Assembly (NCBI GenBank): GCA_002633005.1
Contig: NMRA01000190.1
Coordinates: forward strand, 186,001 to 250,000
Length of the DNA: 64,000 bases
Reading direction: 5' to 3'
Origin: Phoronis australis
Taxonomy: Eukaryota > Animalia > Phoronida
In this document: positions 36,801 through 48,800 of the stretch, one piece after another
Position numbering within the stretch: the first letter of the stretch is position 1
Layout: each line of letters starts with the position of its first letter
Position numbers and translations under genes: made by a program
Notes under the pieces: model-generated
Seen by the model: only the letters and a program-made list of their open reading frames with translations
Told to the model about the DNA's origin: nothing
Databases searched by the model: none

Positions 36801-39800
36801 TATATGGTATGAAAAATAAGACGCATGTTTCCATAAAACCATATCTTAATTCAGTGAAATATTTCTCTCATGTTCTCTCACTTGTAAATCAGTTTGAATG
36901 CGGGTATCTTGTCGTCGGTATCCTTTGACTTGAGAATTATGCTCAGTTACCACTAGTAACCTACTTTAGCAGACGATAGTTACCCGGTCGAAGCTTAGCG
37001 TGATAAAATGTGTTTTAAGCTATAATAGTTGGTAAATCTTAATTTATCAATTTACTTTATTTCTATTTTGTTTAATTTTCAATTGGTTTTGAGTTAAAGC
37101 ATTTGACAAAAATAGCTCGGCTTTTCTTAAAAGGTTACGACCTTCGACCCCGGGCCTCTGACAGAAAGTAGTTACGAAGCCGAGGCGAGTCGAGAAAGGT
37201 AAATCCATTGCAATGTTTCTCGTTCAGTATGTGGTATAAATAGATTATTACATGTTCTCAGTCGTTATCCCCCTTATCTAGAGCCCTCGTGGATTTTGTA
37301 GATAATTGTCCAAAATCCACTTGGGCTCTAGTTAAGGGGGATAACGACTTGGCCATGTAATAACCTATATTTGTTCCATGTTCACTGGACTTGACCCTGG
37401 TTATTGAGCAGTGCAATACTGCTGTGTTACACTTGTCCATTACCTGTAGCACACAATAGGCTGGACATATGTTCAAAATATATTTCTTAATGCTTGCCTT
37501 CTACTTATTCAGGTCTAGAGCAGCGGTTCTACAAATCTGATCCAGACTGTGTAGCGGCCGGCAAACCTCTGCCTGAGTTTGATCTGCACATAAGTACAGT
37601 TCTCCCACTGGAGAACAAGGGGATACGGTGAGTACTCCTGCACCGAGTGTTATACAGTGGCTGGAATGGTCCAGTTTCAGTAGTTTTCAAAATAGGTGAA
37701 AAGACTTTGGCTGGTTGCTGTCAAACTTTGCCAGTCTTTGGGGCCTGACACTTCTAGGTGGTCCTCACTATCGCCTCAAAAAATATTTGACACAACGGGC
37801 AGAACTGGGTGGGAACCGAATAAACATCGGGTATGCTTGTTACAATCTTAGTAAGAACCATTTGGTTGGTGTTGGTGGTGTATTCAATTTGTAATTTTGG
37901 ATAAAGTTGATTATTTCCACCCATCTCTGCCCTTTCCATCAAGTTTACATGGTGGGCTCCAAACGTTCTGAGTACAAGATTGCTATGGCACCAGCAGGAC
38001 TACTTGTCACACTTCATAGTCAGCGGCCCCTCAGCTGTACGACAGTTGTCTACAAATACTTTCACCTTGCTGGCAGTTTGGTGGAACTTTGTCGAGGATA
38101 AAATAACACTGTTGCAGAACTTCAGAAATTACCTAGACATTATTGCACATAGCCGCTAGTCTGCTGATGGGCAGAATTGCAGTAAACAACTAACAAGTTG
38201 TGATGAAATTTAGCCAGAATCCTAGATTGTTGTCATAAAGTGGATATTTTGACACACTCCTGCACATCGAAATTTAGCGGTGTTCAGTTTATTTTGGAAA
38301 CTACTAGTATGTAATTCGGGTGTTCTACACAATCTGTTGTGACTTGGCACAGGATGGTTATCGATTTTCAAACACTGTGCTTAAGTTTTGTGATCCCCGA
38401 TGAGTTTGAATTCTCTGTTGCTGAGAGCACTGTAGCTATTTGATATTACGACCATTTTTATAGAATTAAGTTGGCTTTACTCCCCCCAACTGTTGAAAGA
38501 ACTTGTGAGATTTTCTAAACATTTTGTTTCTCTGGTATTGTTTCAGTGCTGAAGACCACATCGACTTCAAGGCAGAGCCAAGCACATCACCAGTGGCGCC
38601 ATACTGTACTGAGTTGGTGAAACTTGACTTTAGTATTCACGCCTTTGAACATTTGGAGGTAACATGCTGTATTTAATTAATGCTGTGGACTTGTTTTCTA
38701 TTTATATGCACAAAATGTAGATGAAGTAATATACCACGAGACATTATTCCGCATATCGACCGAGACCGAATTGTATTGATCCCATACGCTTCGGATTCCT
38801 AATTTTTTTCATTTTTGGCAGACTTTTCTCTAGTATAAGAAAGCTTTAAATGTAATGATTTATTACTTGAAAAGAAATAACAAAGATGCAAACAATGGTA
38901 ATTGTCCACTTAACTTGTAAAATTTCCTGAAAAAATTAAATAACAATATTTGATATTGTAGTTACCAAGGAATCAACGCCTGGGTTGCAGGCAATATAAT
39001 GTTTAGCAATTAAAAACTGAGTCAGTAGTGTCGTATAATTAACAGTTTTGTTCCAGATGTTATGTTTGGGACCTGATTATTATTTATACTGCTGCAGTTG
39101 TATTACTTTAAACTATTTTGGGAAAGTTTGATGATCGAACTAGCTAATGACGTCGAGTATACATTGACCCACCTTTTGAAATTTCCTTGTCTGATTGCAC
39201 TGTTGAAGTAGTCCCGGGAGTGCAATACGAAAAACAATATCGCATGGCCATATTGCACTCGACTAATTCAACACGTATGGGATAAATAACCAGTCAATTC
39301 ATACAGTTGTGATAGTAATAAAATGACAGTAGTCTCACATGAAACCTTGCACGGACACACACGCATACACAAATGTAGCATAAATAAATATTAAATGTGT
39401 GTATGTATGAATACAATTTAAAATGGTTGGAAGGGAGACTGTACAAGGAATATTCTTACATGTATTGAAAATTAAAATAATTAACATTGCACATGCCACT
39501 AAGTCTTAAAGTCATTATACAGTTTGCAGATGGTGAACTTGGATGGTATCTGATACTGGCACTGAAGCCCATTGAAATCAAAAGTGTTTGGTAACAACTG
39601 AAAATATAGCTGTCTTGGTACATTGCACATGCCTAGTATGCAAATATAACTTTCAAATGTCTTAAATGGAAACATTGCCCTCTTTGGATGCCATTTCTTG
39701 TAAATGTTCCCCATTTTACTTATGACAAAGTATATTTTGAATATTTTAAATCATTTTCCATGAGAATAACAATCAGTCTCTGGCCGTATGAGCAATCAAA

Positions 39801-42800
39801 GAGCAAGCGCTATAACTTAGATTGCATGATGTTTTACTCTATTTCTAAAAGCATCGTCAGCGGGTAAAGCACAGCTCTATCACAGGGCAACCAAGTTAAA
39901 ACTGAGTGAGAACACTGATTTTCTACCACAGTTGTAGGTTGAATCTCATTTATCTATTCTAGTAACTGTGCTCAGTTGCTGAGATACACATTGATTTTCA
40001 GTCCAATCCCTGATACATGGCTGTTTGCCATTTAATTTGAGCATTGATGATGGAAATATGCAGTAAAACTAACATAACTTGGAGCTTGTGTTAGCGAATT
40101 GCGCACAGCATCACGGTTACGATTTGGAGAATTATTAATTTCATTTTATTAAAACTAGCTCAAAAACCTTTCAGGATAGTGGAAAAGTGGCAAATTGGCC
40201 AACATGCTTTCAGAAAGGTAAAAATTACCCTTTAATTAATTGACCAAATTTGTGATACTGTTCTCGTCTTGTTCACAGGGGATGAAGGAACGTCAGAACC
40301 TAACGGGCAACGCTGAGCTGGGCCTAAAGAATGCCATCACTCACAGAGAGAATGTAGATGACTATGGACATCTGGTACACCAGGCCCTCGTCAAGGTATT
40401 TGGGAAAAAGTCAACAAATTAGGTGGAACTTTGTGGAACTAGATGCATAATCCTTTCCAAAATCACCCAAAAATGTGTGCTTCCTTTTTGCCAGAGAATC
40501 TCATTTATTTACTTTTGGTTTTTTTTTTGAAAAAAAGACATTTGAACAGAGCATTGTTTTCATCTTAATTATTGTTTCCTGGCGCACTTCTTTAATGTGG
40601 TTTGACATGGTGGTTGCAAAGGGTGAACACGGCGTTTAAACTTACTGTTGTTGCAGCATTGCATTCTGATAAACAACTTAGTTTTGCATTTACAATCGCA
40701 TACTTTTATCCTTTGCTAAAAATAAGTGTAGGAATTTTGATAAAACAGGCCCCTATTATAATTATTAATATTTCATTTTGTGTAGTGATGAATCCTAGAA
40801 ATTGAATATGATATTGCTGGGAACATAGTAATGGCCTTAATAAGTGACATGGTTTGCTGTCCTGTTGTACTTTCATTGGAATGGTACTGTCGTTGAATCT
40901 TGCAATTTGTTTGGACAATGATAATAAACAGAGTTGGTATTTTTCAATTTTGAAAGGCTTCCAGTATTGTTATCAGTGCCCACAATTTCACAAAACTTTG
41001 TGTGATGGTAGTTATGGTGTGGATCTTAAAAATGATGAACTATTTATTTTGTGCTAATAATTATGAAGAAAAAAAAAACATAAATGGTATTTGTCTGCCG
41101 TGTTTTGTCCTAGATTGACAGGATTTGCCATAGTTGTTATTGTTTCATGAATCAATTCTGATAGGGACCGTTGCTTGTAAATTCCTTGTCATGACATGTT
41201 GTCGTATCTCATATCATCTGGTGTGTTAAAACCCTTTGTGCCCGAAGGTTCCCCTTCATTGAGATTGCTTTAATTTATTTTTAATAAGTTGTATACCTTG
41301 CAGTCGTTAAACCGCAGCTGTCAGTCTTAACACTGACCTGCCTTTACATTAACAGGCACATGAGTTTAATCTTAAGTGCAAATCCGTGTAATATTAAGTT
41401 CTGTTATGACTTGGTGTTTTTTCTTATTTTTGTAACTAATATTAGTGTTCCATTCTTTGCTTCGCAGAATGCCACTTCATGGGTACTGTACAATATGGCC
41501 GCCTTCTATTGGCGAATCAAAGGTGATCCGTACAATGTTATTGAGTGCTTGCGAAGAGCTCTACACTATTCTCCCAGGTTTGTAGGAATTCTTTCATTCA
41601 CTACTGAAGCAATTGTTACGGTAAAGTATGAACAATTTTGAACAAAAAATAATTTCCAAAAATTACCGTTTTTGGTTTTCCAGGTCTTCTAACACTGTTG
41701 CGAGTGCCCACAGTTTTACAAAATATTTTCTGTTGGTTGCTATGGTGCAGAACCTGAACACAGTAAAGCTTTAGTTTGATGCTACATATCGTCAAAAATT
41801 AAATTCCACAGGCTTTATGCTTTCAGAAAATACTTTTACTGAATGAAACTCTATAGTTTTGTCGATATTTGGCTAAATACAGTGACCAACTGATAGGAAC
41901 CTACATTACCTTCAGCTGAACGGTTGTGGAACTGGGATTAAAGTGGCCTTTAGGATGATCATGTCTGGTTATTTTCAGTGTGCTAATAAAAAAATAATTG
42001 GTCGTCAGGAACATATCCGACTGATTGGGGGATATCAATTAAAGTCGTTTGATGTCACATGTTCTAAACAAAAAAGTGTTGACTGATTGACTCTTATTTA
42101 TTTGTATAATTCATAATTTTCCTGCTCTAGTTTTCATTTATTTTTATTTTAACTTTCTTTTTATAGACCGCTATGGAGATAAGTCATTGACTTGTGCTAT
42201 TGTTTATTTCTATTTGTCTTATATTTTGTTATTTCTTGCATTTCTGTTCTTCATATGTAAACTAAATAAATTGATAAAAACTTGTAGTCATTTGATATCG
42301 TATGTATCAAATGAACATTAAATGAAACGCTAAATTTGTGAACTAACCTTTCAAGCAATAAGTTTTATTCTTACTTAGTTGCGTGAATATTTCTCACCTG
42401 TCATTTCCAAACCTGCATGTTGCCGTTTTTCCAGGCATCAGAAAGATGTCGCTTTGATCAGCCTGGCCAATGTTCTTCATCGAGCTCGGTACTCCAATGA
42501 GGCTGCCATTGTGGTTCACTCGGCGCTGGAGATCTCCAAGGAGCTGAATGTCAACCACTTCACACTGGGCAACATCTATGCTGTGAGTAGTTACTCCCTG
42601 TAAACAGTGTGTTGACTTACTGGGTTATGTATTTCCGGTGAATAAATATATAAACAATGCTTATCTAATAGAGTAGAAGGAATAACTTTACTCATGCGTA
42701 TGCATTTGTTAACTTTCATGTTTGCGGTGGACCCTTGTTTGCTGTAAACGCACAAATAATTTACTTGTGCACATTTTTTTCTCAGTCATTTAGTAGTGAC

Positions 42801-45800
42801 TTGGTTGAAAGAGTAATTCCCTCGTTGTTATTTACCTGTGATGTGTATTTATTTGTTTGTGTGTAGTGCAAGGTATGTCTGGAATGAACGAGGCCCAGGC
42901 ATTCTGAGCTAAGTGCCTTTGAAAATGAAAAGCAAAATGTCCAGGGGAGCTAACCCTAACTCAACACTTGCATGCCGTATTGCCCTCTTCTTAAACCTAT
43001 GCTCAGTTCACTGGATATTTATGTCTTGAAATTCGACCACTCGCCACTCTTGAGTTCTTGATGTTTTATTTTGTAACTCAGCAACTACCTTGAATATTCT
43101 CCATACCGGCCTGGTGTGGGTTGCTGGCTGGTTATTTTTTCTGTAAAACTGGTTACTGGACGCATAACTTCTTTACCATGTGTTAACATTGATGTGCGAT
43201 TTTTACCACTTGTTTTAGAAAGCAGGCTGAGTTTATGGCTTGTTTTTTGCTCAGAATGCCTGATTGCTGTGTTGACTCGTAGGGCTCGACTACAGTGACT
43301 GTTATTAAATTGGAAAACATTAAAATCTTTGCAATATCTGCCCTGGTAGCAGATATCACATTAAATGATACAACTTGCCCATGTGATGTTGATATGATAT
43401 TGTTCTTTGGTATTTTGTGATTGACATTGTGTTATCTTAATATGATGTGATTTGGCATCATGTCACATCAAGATAACATGATACCAATCACACGATACAA
43501 AAAAATAATATCATATCGACATCACATGGGCAAGTTGTATCGTTTAATGTGATATTTGCTACCAGGGCAGATGTTGCAAAGATTGTAATGTTTTCCAATT
43601 TAATAACAGTCTATTTTGATACGTATGGTATCACGAATTTCTAGACATGACCTTGGAAAACCTGACAAGCTGTTGTTTGTCCTCTGTTCAACTTGGTACG
43701 CTTATAAACATTGTTATCATTACCATCATTATTATTATTATATAAACATTGTTTTTGCACTGAGCTTTATTTCTGAAATGTTTCCATAGCAATATTTTAG
43801 TGGAATTGAAGTTGCCGCACAACATACTTTTTGTGATGTTTGCATTTTCGGGTCATGCGGCTCCCTACATAGCCTGAGAAGTGCCATTTTCTAAATACAC
43901 GCCACGAGAGTTACTCTCATTAATTCATGGTATATTCCTCGCTTTAACCGTCTTGGTGATCGCGAGGGCACAACTTGCCACTGTCAAGCCCTACCAGTGT
44001 AACACCACGTGTTCTTTTTACCCCCCTGCTTTGTTTTGGTAGCCGGTAAGACTTTCAGTGTTCTCTTTCATTCTCAACTACTAACCATGTCCCACGTTGA
44101 ATTAACTGCTTACCATTGACCAGGCAGTGTCATTCTGTGGTCCGTTTCATGAAGGTGGCTACGACTAACTCAGTAATTTGGTCTTACCACTTCACACTTT
44201 GTGAACAAAGGTTCAGCTATGATTGTGTCACAGTCTGGAAACAATTTATCAGAATTATCTTGGAGACTTTGCAGATTTACTCCAGTGAGATTTAATTAGT
44301 TCTCAGAAATAGTTGTGTGGAGTGTTAGACCAAATCACTGTCTTAAATCTCAAGCTGGTTTTCATGAAGCAGACCCGTGTTTGTTGTTTCTCTCTACTCA
44401 TCACTAACAAACGTTTCCACAGAATCTACAGCGTACAACCTGTTTTACGCTTGCTGTGAATTTAAAAAGTGGTTGCATTGTTCAACAGCTGGCAGTGAAT
44501 TTTTACTTTCGCTGTTCTCCATGTTTGAATCTGTTTATACATTCCCTTTGGACGTTCTTCAAAGTCTTTCAACTGTTGTTATTTATCAATTTTACCTTGT
44601 TTTGATTTTAACTTAGTCAGCTGAGGTGTTTTGTATATAATGGTGATTACTGTTGATTAGCGTTAAATATTTGTTCATGTACACGGTGGCTGAAAACCTG
44701 GTATAATACTCTGAACAGGGAATCTCGGGATGTAACTTTTTATAATTTCTCCTGCAGGGAAAAACTTTGATCAAAATAAAGTTACACCCTTGAGCCTTAA
44801 CTTGTGTTAGGTTTGAGAAACAATTCAGTGACTGGACTAAAAATTCTGTGGTGTGACTAAATACTGGTGTGAAATCCTATTAGTTACCAGATACTACACC
44901 TGCAGCACCTTTGACTCACCACTAGTTGGCCAGATTATTGATGAGTGCAGGCGCAGCTCCTGAGGTCCCGGAACCTCCCTGCTCATCTATTTTTTCTTTG
45001 CTGCAATTAGGGAATATAAAGCACTCCCTATGTCTGCCTACTGTCAGCCACCCTTCTGGTCTTGGCCCTTGTAGTCTAGATTACTTACCTCATTGCATTT
45101 CATTGAGAACACGTTCAGAGATTAAAGAAGCCAACAATGTCTGTTGGTTTGTAGCTATCACGACACATCCCTAGCCGAGTATAACAAACACATCTCGTCT
45201 TCTGTTTCTAAAGGTGTTGGCCGAGTACAACAAGTCGATCATCTGTTTCGAGAATACGCTTAAGATCCAGCCGGACTTCGAGGCTGCTGCTCAACGGAAA
45301 CACGCCGTCTTGTGTCACGCGAAACTAGAGGCAGCACTAGAGGCTCAACACAAGTGAGCAGTGTTCTATACAGTACAGCTTAACTGATTCAGACCGTTTT
45401 CCCTCAAATTCTGTCCGTGCTCTCTTGATAAACAGGACTCACTTTAGTTTTTCAGAGACAAAGTGTCAAATGTATGACTGGTACATTGAAAATTAAAGCT
45501 GCATTTTGTTTTGTTTATGTGGCAAAAAATAATTTAATTGGGCCTTTTACTCTCTTACCATGTAAGTATTCTATTTCTGTTACGGTATGAGTCTGTTGAG
45601 GTTGGCCAAACCTACAACTGTGACTTGAGTTGGTAATGGAAATGGAATCCTATTGCAGTTAGAAATATTATGGATGGATATTATGAGGGTAAAAGGTCTT
45701 AATAGAATAGAATTTCTGTTTTAGTCATCTAGACAGGTTGAAATACAGCTTTAATAATTAAAACTGATAATAGGACTGTTATTGAAATAACAACAGAAGC

Positions 45801-48800
45801 AACCAAAACAATATTTTCTGGTGTTCTTATCATCCAAAGTACCATTTAATGGTTTAAAACCATGCGCATGTCAACTGTAACACGAAGATGTTCCATTACA
45901 GGCAACCGGTTTAACCCCAGTGGTATCTAAAAGTCTCTTCCTTGTCATTTTGTTATTTGTCCCACTGAAATAGGGGTGTTTTCATGAACAACAAAAGAAT
46001 CTCTGCCCAGTCTCTTGAGTACAGTAGATCTAGAAGTGAACCGGAAAACTCACAGTTGTGCAGTGAATGCTCAACGTGATACTTTTATTGCCAATTAAGG
46101 TCTGGGTTTTCAAATACAGTCTTGACCGTGTTACAATGAATCTCCCAGGATGTCATTGAAACGTTTGTTGTGACAGAAGGTGGCTGTAACAAAGTGGTTT
46201 ATAGTTATCCAGTATTAATAGTTGGTTTGAAATAGTAACGTCATAAAGCATTCACATTGAAACAAGTTGTGACTGGTTTGTTATGCTGTGTACAGATCTC
46301 TACAGAGGACCCTAGATGAGTTGAAAGGTTATCAGAAAAAACACAAACACTGGCAGGAGCAGAGTAACATACTGGTGACGGAGCAGGCACCCACCGAGGT
46401 TAAGATCAATCAGAGGATCGCCTATGAGTCGCAGAAGATCCGCGAGCTTGAGTTCGGATCACGTAAGTCGACTATACTCACTGCATTACTTAGGTGTATT
46501 TGTTTGCTTCTAGCCACTGGTTTGTCTCTAAGGATTAGTGTTAATGAATTGGCCCCTGAACACCAATATTACACTCTTACCGATCATTCTTTGTTGTAAA
46601 ATACAATATTTTACTTACCTACAGAACAGTCCTAATAGGGTCATCGTCACATCTCTAGGTGTTTGTGGAGGAACATTTCAAAGACAATGTGGTGATCTAA
46701 CAATGATCTCATACTAGATAACACTTGCAGGAGCTATTGGGGATTCTTTTTTCTGTCCTCTGATTGGCTGAAAGGCTGTAGGATAACTTGGGATATTCTC
46801 TAATACTGTCCAACTTGGCTGTAGAATATCATTTTCACTCGTGCTGTCCGAAAGTCGAATGTCGCCATTGGCAATCTGATCAATCATATGCTGTATAAAC
46901 AGTAAACCCTGACAATGAAGTGAGCCGACATTGTCAGTGTATCATTGCAAGGATGAGAAGGCTTATCCAATAAGGGACAAAAGTGTTTCAGGAAGGAAGC
47001 ATGAGTGGTCGTGTAATAAAACCAAAAACTGGTCCCTCGTGTGTAGCAGGTCATATTCACCTGATATCACCTTCAGGCTCAGTTCATATTTGTATTTTTC
47101 ACCTTCAGGCTCAGTTCATATTTGTATTTTTCACCTTCAGGCTCAGTTCATATTTGTATTTTTCACCTTCAGGCTCAGTTCATATTTGTATTTTTCACCT
47201 TCAGGCTCAGTTCATATTTGTATTTTTCACCATGAGTGCTTACCCTTGAATGTGTCGTTGCCAGGTGAGGTGTGTACTCTAATCGAGCGAGATGGACGTC
47301 AGATTCTGCAGTGTGGGTCGCCTTCACGACCCTCACCTAAGCTGGAGTTCAACTTTGAAAACCGGAACAAGTCAGAACCACAGCAAAAGGTAAGCCCAAA
47401 ATGCTTGGCTCTATCAAATCTGTCTGTTGCGTGTGTGACCGCAACGCAAGCCAGAACCGAGTTAGTCCTCTGGCCCAGGGCTGTTTGAAGTTGGCTTGAT
47501 GCAGATTTGAGTATGACTGCTGGTCATAAGTGAGTCCCACCCACCCAAACCTCACAACATCAGCGAGTCTCATCCATTCACCCAAACCTTACACATAACC
47601 CCAACTGGATGGTTGCAGGTCACAAGGAGTATGTTGTGATTACCATCTTTGAAAACTGGCACCTGCTGGACACGACTGTTTTAATTGCATTTGAAGATTT
47701 TTGGCTTGTTAAGCTTTAACATTCAACCTGTAATATCGAGAGTTTGATTTAGCAGTATCATTAGGTTAATACAGGGTAGAACAAGTGCTTTGTTTGGCAG
47801 GGTACAACACAACTAAAGGATCTTGTTACAACAATACTGCAACATAGTATCATGACATCTGAAGCAGAAGTAAAAATAAACTTTCGCGTGACATCAAAAT
47901 GTCAGAACTTGAAAGTATTCTTCAAAAATTCAGTCAAAGTAAGCTGTCTCACTGTTCAGAGCTCTCCAGGACAAGAGCTCTTGACATTGGAGTGAAAGTG
48001 AAATTGAATGTAATCGTGTTGGTAAAGTTAGGCTGCTGTCTATCCAAGCAGCCAATTTTTGTCGGCTTAAACTTTTGCCCAATTTGCAGCCGACTAAAAC
48101 GAAAAAGGTGAAAAAGAAGACAAAGGTAGGGGGAGCTAGTGCGCATAGCGGCTGCTTTGTCACGTGATGTGAACATTAGGAAGTGTTGTTACTTGTGTGT
48201 CTTCCTGTGCCCCCCTGTAAAGTAAAATCTCGTAATTTCGGACAAATAATTGACGAAAGTACATTTTTCACTTTTCAAGAACTTGTTCACTGTTTTGAAT
48301 GCCCAAAATATTAAATATTGTATTGTATTTTTGGTAGAATCATTTATAAAGAAAATGAGAAAATAAAAATGTCACCTGTCCACCATTATGTCCTAAATTG
48401 CTATGGTTTTCCCTTAGTTGTCGTGTTAATGTCATGTGAAGTAGTAAAACCTAACTCTTCTCATCTGACCATTTCTCCTCCACAAATTTATGACTGGGGT
48501 AATTAACATTTGTGGCAAAGTGGCACTTTGTTCAGCGTAGACAGAACCAGACATCCGGAACTCCTTGGGTATTTTTGTAGCCTCAAATTATCCCTCAGAG
48601 GTCATATTTGCTCAATGTTCAAACTTCGATATCATTTCTGTAGCAAGTCATGTGGCTCTCACAATGAAGGATGATGCTGAATGTGGTTAGACTTAACAGG
48701 AGTAAACAGTACTTCAGGAGGCAGACAAAGGATTGAGAAAGCCGCGTAGCAACTTTTGAGACAAGCTAGGCTGAAGCTTTGATTTTTGCCATCTCTTGAC

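Larger units (their letters stand above)
35735..37370. mobile_element. ~1.63-kb palindromic (foldback) element with terminal and central hairpins and tRNA-derived heads in both arms; unclassified
   Basis: The left half aligns collinearly with the reverse complement of the right half along its whole length; centre loop TGAT at 36553-36556; no ORF and no TSD seen. Confidence 0.85.

Noticed and set aside
38730-39305. Possible remnant related to the palindromic element family (also 46745-46885)
   Set aside because: Only short inverted motifs (ATCCCATACG/CGTATGGGAT, GAGTGCAATA/TATTGCACTC); no alignable homology to 35735-37370 by eye.
47068-47231. 32-bp repeats as a CRISPR array
   Set aside because: Units are contiguous with no spacers, there are no cas genes, and the context is a eukaryotic intron.
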